Part shown: piece after piece, positions 10,783-20,956 of the stretch
Layout of the letters: every line of letters starts with the position of its first letter
Numbering within the stretch: the first letter of the stretch is position 1
Assembly: GCA_963787255.1 (NCBI GenBank)
Contig: CAWBCJ010000025.1
Location: 310,398-374,397 of the forward strand
Direction: 5' to 3'
Length of the DNA: 64,000 nt
Source: Methanobacteriota archaeon
Lineage (GTDB): Archaea > Methanobacteriota > Methanobacteria > Methanobacteriales > Methanobacteriaceae
The notes under the pieces: model-generated
Told to the model about the DNA's origin: nothing
Databases searched by the model: none
What the model saw: the letters and a program-made list of their open reading frames with translations, nothing else
Position numbers and translations under genes: made by a program

Positions 10783-12256
10783 TTATTTTGTTTTCTCTAT
10801 CCAATCTTTTGAAACTTCCTCGTGAGTCATAGGTGCATCTTCACCTAAAGGTATTTCTTTAAGGAAGAACGCGACAATTAATCCTACAAATGCCAGTACT
10901 ATAGCTGCAAGGAAAATATTCTGGATAGAAAGTACTAAAGCTTGAGTTTTACTTAAAGTAACTGCAGTTGAACTTCCTAAAGTGAAATTCATTATGTATC
11001 CAAATATTGGAACGAATACAATAGTACCTATATTTCTGAAAAATCGCATAGAAGCTGTTACAATACCTATTTCTCTAAGTGTAAATGCATTCTGCACTGC
11101 TACATTGAATATGTTATAGGCCATTCCTGAACCAATACCAAGGACAGTTGAATAGGCTAACAGCAGATAATATGGTGTATTTGCATTCATTGTAGCGAGA
11201 AGCACGACCCCTATTCCGGTTATAACAAATTCGGCAATGACAAGCTTTTTGTATTTCCCAGTCATTGATATGATTTGTCCAGTGATTATTGAGGTTATTG
11301 TAAGGCTTAAAAGCATAGGAATCATGATGAGCCCTGAATTTGTAGCACTCATGCCTAAAACACCTTGTGCAAATAATGGGACGTAAATTATCCCACAAAA
11401 CATCAATGCACTTGCTAAAAAGCTTTCTACCGCTGATACAGTGAATATTGAATTTTTAAACAGACGTAACGGTAAAATAGGTTCTACAGCTCTTTTTTCA
11501 GCCAAGACGAATAATGTAAACATGATTCCTGAAAATACGAGAAGTCCAGCTATCTCAACTATGGGATATGTATTTAGATCTCCTGCAAATGTTATTGCCA
11601 GGAATAGTGAACTTAAAGCTAATGTAAAAGTAATGATCCCTGAATAATCAATGACTTTTTTAACATCTGGCAATTTGAAGTTTGGAAGCGAATAAAGAAT
11701 AATTGTTACAGCAGCGATCCCGACTGGTATATTTATAAAAAATATCCATCTCCAACCTAATGTATCTGTAATTACACCGCCGAGAATTGGTCCTAAAACG
11801 TCTGCAAGTGCAAATACTGATGCAAGTATTCCCATGTATTTGGCTCTTTCCCTTGGACTGAAAATTTCTCCAACCACAATAAATGGGAGGGATATTAAGA
11901 TTCCTCCTCCGATTCCTTGAAGTCCTCTAAATAGGATTAGTTCAAACATGTTGGTTGCAAAACCACACAAGATTGAGGATATAACGAATATGGTAATTCC
12001 AATGATTAAAATATGTTTTCTGCCGTAAATATCTGATAATTTACCAAAAAGGATTATTGCAATGGTTGATGTTAACATGTAAGATGTAAATGGCCATACA
12101 TAGTATTCCATGCCTTGCAGACTGTTAATAACTTTGGGCATAGCTGTTAATATGATTGAATAATCAAAGGCCGCTAAAAGGAGTCCCAACCATTAATCCG
12201 GCCATAACCATGATTATTTGATCTTTAGCAAGATTATAATGGCTTTCATGATTCAT
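10783..12256 (-). CDS. MDR-type MFS efflux transporter (EmrB/QacA), frameshift near 12186
   Basis: FGKLSDIYGRK, GPILGG..WRWIFFINIP; upstream frame MNHESHYNLAKDQIIMVMAGLMV joins after removing one G. Confidence 0.88.
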
Positions 12257-12386
12257 AACTATCACTTGTGGTCATTTTTTTAAAGATTATTCTTTTAATA
12301 TTTTTTTTATATTCATTTGATGGGGGTTTAAATTCTTTTTTTATTACATGATTTTCCCAAAAAAGGATAATAATATAGTTAAAAGA

Positions 12387-13100
12387 TTATTCTTCCTTAA
12401 AGAACATTTTAGTTCGCATTTCTTCTAAATTAGAAACTATACGAGGCAAGTCGCTTCCAGGAATACTAATCATAATATCTTCTTGATTGATATCCATACT
12501 CTGCCTTGCTGCAACGTCACCGAATCCATAAGTGACTTTTCCAGTCATATATGGAGTTGCAGCCATTGAACTGCATACTGGGACTGCGTCAGCGCCTAGT
12601 CCATGTTCTCCTGAATCATATGCATTTGCATGGAGTATTTCCATCCCCTGTTTCGCATTGCAGACCATAAATATCACATCTGGTTCAAATTCTGCCTTAT
12701 TGAGGGGAGCGAAAACAACTGCATTAAAAATTCCAGGGTTTATGTATGTTTCATTTTCCCTTGAACGCTGCACTGCAGGAATGTTCTTATATAGGCCCTT
12801 TGGAACCATAAATGCACCGCTTTGTACATTTGCAGGGTATTCGCGCATGTCTTTAAGTCCAGAATATCTAGCACCACCCATACATTCTTCCTCTTCTAGG
12901 GTTGCATAAAATATTTCGCCATCCATGGCTTTTGTAAGTTTTTTACAGAATCTTGATTTACCTTCTTCCTTTTCAACGTTTTTTGGCTCTTTTACAGACC
13001 ATTTTATGGCTACTGGTTCGTTTTCAAATTTCATAAGTTTCTTTAATTTTTCTCCTAATTCATTATAATTCATATTTGCACCTCTATTTTCAAATTTCAT
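12387..13100 (-). CDS. DUF169 family protein
   Basis: EPVAIK, RFC, C.GG..Y.G, EPDVI, VC..A.P, GD..AR pattern. Confidence 0.75.
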   Translation of the reverse strand: MKFENRGANMNYNELGEKLKKLMKFENEPVAIKWSVKEPKNVEKEEGKSRFCKKLTKAMDGEIFYATLEEEECMGGARYSGLKDMREYPANVQSGAFMVPKGLYKNIPAVQRSRENETYINPGIFNAVVFAPLNKAEFEPDVIFMVCNAKQGMEILHANAYDSGEHGLGADAVPVCSSMAATPYMTGKVTYGFGDVAARQSMDINQEDIMISIPGSDLPRIVSNLEEMRTKMFFKEE

Positions 13101-13124
13101 AATATAATTCCTCCTATTTTTTCA

Positions 13125-13769
13125 TTATTTCATTAACATATGAAGAAATAAATCTCCTATATCATTGGTAAATTTTTGTTTATCAATTCCCTTGCTTTCC
13201 AGTATCTCTTTACTCCAGTCGCCCATATTCACATTACCATTGTAGATTACTGATAGGAGAATAGCTGCTTCTACAGGATCCACATCTGGCCTGATTTCAC
13301 CGTCATCTATACCTTTTTGTATCGAATCTATTCCTATGAACATTATTTCTTTGAATAATTCCCTTTCTTCTTGGAACTCTTCACTACTGTTCATTTTATC
13401 CATATCAAATTGTTTTTTAATTGATGTGGGGGAATACAATAGCCTGAAATAATCGGGATATTTGTTAGAAAACTCTCTATTTGCATTTTCATATAATATT
13501 AACTTTTCTAAACCAGTATTTCCTTTTTTAACTTCTTTTTTAACCATTTCAGCCCAAATTCGAGTACCACGTAAGGTTACAGCAAAGTACAATGATTCTT
13601 TATTTTTAAAATAAAGATAAAGTGTACCTTTACCAAGACCAACCTCTCTTGCTATTTCATCCATTGAAACTTCATCAAAGTCTTTATCAGCAAATAATTT
13701 CCTAGCAGCATCGATAATGTCATTTTGACGCTGTTCTCTTTCTCTTTCCTTCCATTTTGCAAGTGACAT
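13125..13769 (-). CDS. TetR/AcrR family transcriptional regulator
   Basis: IIDAARKLF...SMDEIAREVGLGKGTLYLYFKNKESL HTH. Confidence 0.95.
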   Translation of the reverse strand: MSLAKWKEREREQRQNDIIDAARKLFADKDFDEVSMDEIAREVGLGKGTLYLYFKNKESLYFAVTLRGTRIWAEMVKKEVKKGNTGLEKLILYENANREFSNKYPDYFRLLYSPTSIKKQFDMDKMNSSEEFQEERELFKEIMFIGIDSIQKGIDDGEIRPDVDPVEAAILLSVIYNGNVNMGDWSKEILESKGIDKQKFTNDIGDLFLHMLMK

Positions 13770-13790
13770 GTGATTTCACCCATATTAGTA

Positions 13791-13846
13791 ATGACTTAAG
13801 ATCATACTATGACTCATGAGTTATAATTATGACTCATCAGTCAGTA
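13791..13846. promoter_or_regulatory. Tandem putative TetR operators
   Basis: ATGACTTAAGATCAT, TATGACTCATGAGTTATA (13808-13825) and TGACT-CATC-AGTCA just upstream of tetR, roughly 20-bp period. Confidence 0.65.
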
Positions 13847-13973
13847 TATAATCAATGTTATTAAAACTATATAAAGATTTTGGTTTAAAATAAAATTTTT
13901 AATATTATTTAAAGAAAAATTTCATAAAAAAAACAAAAATGATTTACTTTTTTTACTGAAAGTTTATTTTTAA

Positions 13974-14025
13974 TTAAAATAGATTAGACAAATTCTTAAT
14001 CTTAAGGCCGATTTTTACTCATAAC
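13974..14025 (+). repeat. Direct repeat, copy B (about 52 bp)
   Basis: TTAAAATAGATTAGACAAATTCTTAATCTTAAGGCCGATTTTTACTCATAAC; matches 9832-9883. Confidence 0.8.
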
Positions 14026-14413
14026 GTAACATATCTACTGATTATAAAGTATTAATCATTTGGAATATAATCTTTTTTTCATTTTAGTGTCAAAATTTTG
14101 TGAAGATTAAAAATAACCATTCATTCTTAAAAGAATTTCTTTAAAATCGACTATCTTTAGCCACAAGGTCGCTATTCATGATTAATGCATGATTCTGTTA
14201 GTTAATTTATGCAACATATTATATGATTTTTTTTAGTATCCTTGGTTGGGTTTATCAAAATTTTTTGAATTTTGGAAAAAAACATAAAGTTTTTATAGTG
14301 TAATGTAACAATGTTATGTTATATGAAGATGGAATTTCATTAAATCATTTTAAAATCTATTAAGAATTTAAGAGGCAATTAATGAAAATTAACCATAAAG
14401 GAGCGTTTTTTAA

Positions 14414-15037
14414 ATGGAGAAAGAGTTAATATCTAAAAAAGAGCTTTTGAAATTGACTGGAATTTCCTATGGTCAGCTTTACCGCTGGAAACGGAAAAAT
14501 CTTATACCTGAGGAATGGTTCATTAAAAAATCTACATTCACGGGTCATGAAACATTCTTTCCAAAAGAAATGATACTTGATAGAGTTGAAAAGATAAAAA
14601 ACATGAAAGGAGACATATCTCTGGATGATCTGGCCAATATACTCTCTCCAAACTTGAGAGACGTGGCACTGGAAAAGGTTCAGTTAATAAAACGAAACAT
14701 TATTTCTAAAGTAACTCTTGATTTTTACATTCAAGAACGAGGTGAGATGGAAAACTTTGTATTTGAAAAGATGCTCCATCTTTATATTTTAGATAAAATG
14801 TTTGAATCCGGGAAAATCAATTTTGAAGAGGGAGAAATCATACTAAAACTCTTAGAGGAGCAATATCCTAAATTTAAAGGAAAACATGCCGAATTGATAT
14901 TCTTACGTAAATTAGGAATTTCGAGTTGTTGTTTAATCTCGAAACCCGGTGAAATTTATTTTGAAGACAGCATGAAAATCATTGAAAGGCTGAAGCTTTC
15001 AGATTTAATCGAGGAATTAAAAATAAAAATAGCTTAA
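14414..15037 (+). CDS. YhbD/DUF4004 family MerR-like HTH protein
   Basis: LISKKELL.LTGISYGQLYRWKRKNLIPEEWFIKKSTFTG.ETFFP signature. Confidence 0.85.
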   Translation: MEKELISKKELLKLTGISYGQLYRWKRKNLIPEEWFIKKSTFTGHETFFPKEMILDRVEKIKNMKGDISLDDLANILSPNLRDVALEKVQLIKRNIISKVTLDFYIQERGEMENFVFEKMLHLYILDKMFESGKINFEEGEIILKLLEEQYPKFKGKHAELIFLRKLGISSCCLISKPGEIYFEDSMKIIERLKLSDLIEELKIKIA

Positions 15038-15050
15038 TGAGGCGATATTT

Positions 15051-15725
15051 ATGAAAAAAAGCATAGCGAATTTAAAAATCAATGGCAATGGAAGTTCAAA
15101 CGGAGGCAAGTACAACACAGTCACCATAATGGGTGAAGGAAGAATAAATAGTGATGTTGAGTGTATCAACCTTAAAATATATGGAGAAGGCGAACTAGAC
15201 GGCAATTTAAAAGCAGCAGACACTGTAAATATAAAGGGCCATACAGGGATTAACGGTAATTTAGAAGCAAAAGACGTTAAAATTCAAGGTGAGGTTGAAG
15301 TTAACGGCAAATTATTTGCAGATGAAGCTAAAATCACTGGAAATATAAGTGCAAGTGGTGATTGCAATGCTGAAGTTTTCACTTTAGAAGGCGGTTTTAC
15401 AATTGATGGGCTACTAAATGCAGATATTCTCAAAATAAATTTATATGGGCCGTGTAAAGTACGTGAAATTGGTGGTTCAGAAATTAAAGTTAAAAAGAAT
15501 GGGAAATTTTTAGGTCTTAAAAATATGTTCACACCTGACGGAGATAATGAACTTACTACAGACATCATTGAAGGAGATGATATTTATCTTGAAAATACAA
15601 CAGCAAAGGTAGTTAGAGGGAATAATGTAACCATTGGATCTGGCTGTAAAATTGAACTGGTGGAATATAAAAATGATTTTAAGATGGATAAAGGAGCTGA
15701 TATTAGTACTCACAGAAAAATATGA
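15051..15725 (+). CDS. Polymer-forming cytoskeletal protein (bactofilin, YhbE/YhbF-like)
   Basis: Gly-rich beta-helix repeats (I.G.G.I.G.L.A); IEGDDIYLENT.A.VVRG..V.IG.GC.I..VEY tail. Confidence 0.85.
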   Translation: MKKSIANLKINGNGSSNGGKYNTVTIMGEGRINSDVECINLKIYGEGELDGNLKAADTVNIKGHTGINGNLEAKDVKIQGEVEVNGKLFADEAKITGNISASGDCNAEVFTLEGGFTIDGLLNADILKINLYGPCKVREIGGSEIKVKKNGKFLGLKNMFTPDGDNELTTDIIEGDDIYLENTTAKVVRGNNVTIGSGCKIELVEYKNDFKMDKGADISTHRKI

Positions 15726-16260
15726 TGTTCATTCCCTACAATTATGGGTCTAATAATTAAAATAGAGCAATATAACAAATTAAATGACCCTATTTTAATA
15801 TATTTGTAAAGACTCATACAAAACATAATTTTAAAAATAAAGCAAAAATAAGCAATTTTAATTCAAAAAAATTAAAATTTATTTCAAAAAGTATGATTTA
15901 TCTCAATCGTGCGATAATATTAATAAAGTTGAATTATAGAATATATATTATCTGAAATGCTTAAAGTAAGATTTAGGTTGGATTATTTTTCAGTAAGATA
16001 GATACACTAGAGTTATCCTGAGTATTTGAATATAATTTTCTTTGGTATTGAAAATTTTTAATAATAAAAACTTGGAATATGAAAAAATGAATAAAAAAGA
16101 TGAATTATCGTTAAAGCTTCAACATATTGATTCAAAACTTGAAAATCCGACTTAGAATCTAAATTACAAGACATAACATGAATAAAATGCTGAATATTGA
16201 AAGTTTCATATAAATTCCGGGCCAAAATAATCGAAACATTATTATAAATGAGGATTCAAG

Positions 16261-17454
16261 ATGATTGAGGTTATATACTTTTTAGCTTTACTTTTCATTT
16301 TCGCTCTCTTTTCCAGACGCTTATCCCACAGTCCAATTACTGCACAAATGGTTTTTAGTTTAACAGGAATTGTATTGGGTTTAATATTTGCAATTCAGGT
16401 TAATCAAGATTTTAACCGTGAATTATTTTTACTAATTGCTGAGGTAGCACTTGTACTTGTACTTTTCAGCGACGCTTCAGGAATAGATATAAATGCAATT
16501 CGAACCAATAGGCTACCTCTAAGAATGCTCAGCATAGGATTAATTCTTACTATAACTATTGGAATTATTGTTGGAGTTTATTTGCTCACCGATATGGTTC
16601 TATGGGAGATTGCTGCCCTAGCAGCAGTATTAGCACCTACAGACGCGGCGCTTGGTCAAATTGTGGTACAAAATAAGAAATTGCCCCACAAAATTCGTGA
16701 AACACTGGAAGTAGAGAGCGGATTAAATGATGGTATAGCTGTACCTTTTCTTTTCCTTTTTTTAGCCGTAGGTTTAGCTGAAGATACATTTAAACCATTT
16801 AACTATTTTATAAACACCACTTTAGAACAAATAGGTTTTGGAATATTAATTGGATTACTTATTGGACTAATTGGGGGATGGATGGTTCTTCAAGCCAGGA
16901 AGAAAGGCTGGATAACAAAAGCTTACCAAAGACTGGCTTTACTGGCATTAGCCCTTTTAAGCTGGCTTATTGCAGACCAATTAGGTGGCAGTGGTTTTAT
17001 AGCTGCTTTTATAGGGGGTTTTGCCACAGGATATATTTTTAAAGACGCTGGAGATATTTTAACAGACTTTACAAGTGCTGAAGGAATGCTTTTGAGTCTG
17101 GCAGTATTCTTTATTATGGGTGCTTTAATAGCTCCTATACTACCATTTGTTACATGGCAGGTCATTCTCTATGCAATTTTAAGTTTAACAATTATCAGAA
17201 TGCTACCTGTAGCCATATCGCTTTTAGGAACCAAAACAAGTTTGGATTCAGTTTTATTCATGGGTTGGTTCGGCCCAAGAGGTCTTGCATCAATAGTACT
17301 TGCCCTTGTAGCCTTAGAAAAAGTTCCTGTATTTCCAGGAATGAATACTTTTATTTTAACAGTAGTAATTACCGTCCTTTTAAGCATAATACTACATGGA
17401 ATTACTGCTTTACCGTTTTCTAAACTTTATATTGAAAGAAACAAATCAAAATAA
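16261..17454 (+). CDS. Cation:proton antiporter, CPA1/NhaP type
   Basis: LAPTDAALG, ESGLNDG and WFGPRGLAS motifs. Confidence 0.9.
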   Translation: MIEVIYFLALLFIFALFSRRLSHSPITAQMVFSLTGIVLGLIFAIQVNQDFNRELFLLIAEVALVLVLFSDASGIDINAIRTNRLPLRMLSIGLILTITIGIIVGVYLLTDMVLWEIAALAAVLAPTDAALGQIVVQNKKLPHKIRETLEVESGLNDGIAVPFLFLFLAVGLAEDTFKPFNYFINTTLEQIGFGILIGLLIGLIGGWMVLQARKKGWITKAYQRLALLALALLSWLIADQLGGSGFIAAFIGGFATGYIFKDAGDILTDFTSAEGMLLSLAVFFIMGALIAPILPFVTWQVILYAILSLTIIRMLPVAISLLGTKTSLDSVLFMGWFGPRGLASIVLALVALEKVPVFPGMNTFILTVVITVLLSIILHGITALPFSKLYIERNKSK

Positions 17455-17505
17455 ACTTATAATTTGATATTTAAATATTATAATAACAAAAGGAGATATG
17501 GAACC

Positions 17506-18294
17506 ATGAAACGACACTATCAGGTGATTTTTGAAGCGGTATTATCTGTTTTGATAATAATTGACATATTGTTTCTGGTTTTAATGGCTGCTGGATTTAC
17601 AATTGGCATAATGCCTGCTTCAATTTACAGTTTCAGTGATTTCGATATTGTAATAGCTGTATTAATATTGCTTGATTTCATATTTTTTAGAATTAGAAAA
17701 GATAAAAAGAATAAGACTAATTGGCAATTTATTCGAGAGAATTGGGCTTATATCGTATCCATAATTCCTATAACTTTTATTTGTTTCAACGTTTTTCAAT
17801 TATTTGGCTATATCTCCATTATAGGATTAATTGTAATCTTTAGGAGTTATGCCCTCTTTAATGTTCTGCTAATAACAGGAAGACATGTTCGTAAATACCC
17901 TTCAAAAACAAAATTAGACTATGCTACCGTTTTACTTTTGTTAGTCCTTGTTATAGGATCATATTTATTGTTTTTTATTGAACGAGGTGTTAATCCTGGA
18001 TTTTCAAGTTTTGAATCTGCAATGTGGTTTTCCATAGTGTCCATGACTACCACAGGCTATGGAGATATCACTCCAGTCACCTTTACCGGAAGAATAATTG
18101 CAGTAATCATAATTTTAACAGGTATGGGTTATCTTAGTCTGGTTACTGCTACATTGGCTTATTCTTTTATTGATTTGTTTAGAAAGGAGAGTCGTAAAGC
18201 TGGAGAAAGGTTAGAGAAAAGAGCTGCCAGTTATGAAGAAAAGGTTGATGAAGTCATGGCTAAACTGGATGAAATAGAGAAAAAACTGGATTAA
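17506..18294 (+). CDS. Potassium channel protein
   Basis: Selectivity filter TTTGYGD..P; several TMs; C-terminal coiled coil. Confidence 0.9.
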   Translation: MKRHYQVIFEAVLSVLIIIDILFLVLMAAGFTIGIMPASIYSFSDFDIVIAVLILLDFIFFRIRKDKKNKTNWQFIRENWAYIVSIIPITFICFNVFQLFGYISIIGLIVIFRSYALFNVLLITGRHVRKYPSKTKLDYATVLLLLVLVIGSYLLFFIERGVNPGFSSFESAMWFSIVSMTTTGYGDITPVTFTGRIIAVIIILTGMGYLSLVTATLAYSFIDLFRKESRKAGERLEKRAASYEEKVDEVMAKLDEIEKKLD

Positions 18295-18379
18295 AAAAAG
18301 AATCAAAAAAAATATTTTTGGGGAGTTATAGAAGAGGCAAAATCTAAGATAATGATTTAAAATTAAAGGAGTTTTTTTA

Positions 18380-19051
18380 ATGATAGATGAAAATCAAGGA
18401 GATGTAGGAACGGACATTATTCGGTTTCATAGAATAATTACACGTAGTCTGGAAATAGCAATTCAAAATGTTAACAGTTTTTTGGAAATTGGAGCCATAG
18501 AAGAAGAAAAACGAGAAGGCTTCCTTAAATACATTCAAACATTTTCAACAGTCATGGATGCACATCACGTTCTTGAAAATGAGAAAATATTTCCCTATTT
18601 TAAGGATAAATTACCTGATGCACCCTATGATAGATTAATGACCCAACATGAATGGGTTAAAACATCATTATCTCACATTAACGATGGAATTAATAACTTA
18701 AAATCAAATATAGACGAATTAGAATCACTTAATTTACTTAAAACTAGTTTAAGGGAGATTGATAAGATATGGCATCCCCATATACGAATTGAAGAGAAAC
18801 AGATATATGAAAAAGTAGGAAGTTTAAACATTAGTTGGGAAGAGACAAATAGATTAAGAGAAGAGTACTCCCAGTTTAATCAAGAACATGCTGAACCTGC
18901 ATACTTGGTGGTGCCCTTTGTATTGTATAACTTATCTCCTGAGGATCGTGCCATACTAGCTCAAGGATTTCCAGAAATGATAACAAAAAAACTTGTTCCC
19001 ATTGATTGGAAAGATGAATGGATATCAATGCAACCATTCTTACTTAAATAA
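18380..19051 (+). CDS. Hemerythrin-domain protein
   Basis: H...HH..E...FP...QH...H...EE (HHE) pattern. Confidence 0.8.
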   Translation: MIDENQGDVGTDIIRFHRIITRSLEIAIQNVNSFLEIGAIEEEKREGFLKYIQTFSTVMDAHHVLENEKIFPYFKDKLPDAPYDRLMTQHEWVKTSLSHINDGINNLKSNIDELESLNLLKTSLREIDKIWHPHIRIEEKQIYEKVGSLNISWEETNRLREEYSQFNQEHAEPAYLVVPFVLYNLSPEDRAILAQGFPEMITKKLVPIDWKDEWISMQPFLLK

Positions 19052-19444
19052 ATTACTATTTAATTATTTCATCATATATTTTATAATACACTAATATTAG
19101 CTAACTTCAGATTTTTTTTACTTACAAAATGTGAAACTTTCAGTTGATGGTTAAGGACGGTCTTAGATTTCCAGCAAAAAAAAATGGAACAATGAATAAT
19201 AGTGATTTTATGTTCAAAAAATAAAGTTTAAATGGATTTTTTTGAGTATTTAAGGTGGAAACCACTTTTTAAAAAAAGGAAAATTAAGATAATTTCTAGA
19301 TCTTGTACTCATTTAAGCATATAATCGCTTCATTTCTGGAAGTCTTCTAAATAAATGGATTTCAACATGCTGGAAACTGCATTAAACATATAGTTTTCTA
19401 TAAAAATGATATTAAGTTTAGAAAACATGTTTTAAGAAGTAATG

Positions 19445-19470
19445 ATGGTATTTTAACTTATAAATACCAT
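19445..19470. terminator. Inverted repeat between convergent genes
   Basis: ATGGTATTT-N8-AAATACCAT. Confidence 0.35.
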
Positions 19471-19510
19471 TTATTAATGGAAAATATCTAAATAAGATAA
19501 TTATTTTAAA

Positions 19511-19906
19511 TTATGTTCGCATGTCCATAATTCGATCGTTAAAATCGATATTTTTCCATTTTATACCCAGCATATCAGCCTGTTTCAATAGTGTCTTCAC
19601 TGCTGCTTCGTTTCCTTTAACTAATACCAAATCCTCTCCAGCTTCCCTGTACTCTGCAAATGCAATATTGTTGAAATAAATTTCCTTTTTTATTTCATTG
19701 GCAATATTTTCAAGGAGAACTCTACCCACGTTTAACCTTGGATCCCCATCTCTTAGATATTTAATTTCTGCCGAAACTTTTCTTTTTAGATTAAAAAGTC
19801 TATTCAAAAACAACTGCTCTTCTTCACTATCTTCAAGTTCTTTGCTCCTGAGTAAATTAATAAAAGTATCTAACAACTCAGGAAGATTATTTTCGCTTTC
19901 CATCAT
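19511..19906 (-). CDS. Hypothetical protein
   Basis: 131-aa ORF with GAGGCGG RBS. Confidence 0.65.
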   Translation of the reverse strand: MMESENNLPELLDTFINLLRSKELEDSEEEQLFLNRLFNLKRKVSAEIKYLRDGDPRLNVGRVLLENIANEIKKEIYFNNIAFAEYREAGEDLVLVKGNEAAVKTLLKQADMLGIKWKNIDFNDRIMDMRT

Positions 19907-20332
19907 ACCGCCTCATCTAAATTCAAGTTTCCAGTAATGTTTTTCCACTTTAAATTAAAGCTTCCAAAACAACTGTTATACAATTGATATACACCTTATT
20001 TAAAGATTACATTTTTAATAAAAAATAAACGATTTTAATCGTTAAATTGTTAAATAAATTATTCCTAGGAGTTATATAGAAATTTATGGATAAATTTAGT
20101 GAATTTTAACTAAAAGGACTATTTATTATAATTTTAAAGCGAAAAAAGATCTTATTGATTTAATTAAAATATAATATTCTTTAATTCATTTTATCTAAAA
20201 AAAATAAAAATAAATGACCATCTTCATCTAATAAGAAATTCAGTTTCATTTCTAAATTATTAGATGGCATTAATAACTTTACCAAAGACGCAGAGACGAT
20301 TTGCAACTTATTTATATAGACAAAAATTTGAT

Positions 20333-20932
20333 TTAAACTGGTAAAACTTTTCTTTCATACACTTCGTTTAATACCTCAGCAAGTCCAACATATATTGCAC
20401 TTGCACCAGTGAATATTCCTTCATAACCTGCTATTACAGTAATAACAGGATTTCCAGTCAATTCAGCTGCAGTTAAGAGGAAGAACAATATTGCCAGGCT
20501 TATGAACACGACTTGTAATCCACGGCTTATTTTCAACGTTGCTACAAACATTACCAACGTGAAAATTCCCCACATGAAAAAGTAGGCTGCCAGTGATGCC
20601 GCATCAGATGCTGTTGCCAGATTTAATTTTGGAAGTAAAAGCAAGATTACCAGTGAATACCAGAATAATCCATATGATACAAATGCAACTGTAGCAAATG
20701 TATTACCATTCTTATATTCCATTAAACCAGCAATTATTTGAGCCGTTCCCCCATAAGCTAATCCCATAGCCAAAATCATACTATTTAACCCATAAAACCC
20801 AGCATTATGGAAATTGAGGAGAACTGTGGTCAGTCCAAATGCTATTAATCCTAAAGGTGCAGGATTTGCTTGAGTATGTTTTAAAAGCTTTTTCCCATCT
20901 ATAGTTATGGTTGCATATTCTTCTTCAACCAT
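20333..20932 (-). CDS. satP: Acetate uptake transporter (SatP/GPR1/FUN34/YaaH)
   Basis: [25 protein letters not shown] motifs; co-oriented after acs. Confidence 0.92.
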   Translation of the reverse strand: MVEEEYATITIDGKKLLKHTQANPAPLGLIAFGLTTVLLNFHNAGFYGLNSMILAMGLAYGGTAQIIAGLMEYKNGNTFATVAFVSYGLFWYSLVILLLLPKLNLATASDAASLAAYFFMWGIFTLVMFVATLKISRGLQVVFISLAILFFLLTAAELTGNPVITVIAGYEGIFTGASAIYVGLAEVLNEVYERKVLPV

Positions 20933-20956
20933 TTTTTCATACCTCCTTATTTATAA

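Noticed and set aside
9832-14025. Calling the cassette a transposon or integrative element
   Set aside because: No transposase, integrase, terminal inverted repeats or tRNA target is visible.
15726-16260. Long intergenic gaps (also 19052-19510 and 38033-38600) examined for tRNA or ncRNA genes
   Set aside because: No GC-rich cloverleaf, T-loop (GTTCRA) or recognisable RNA family could be seen by eye.
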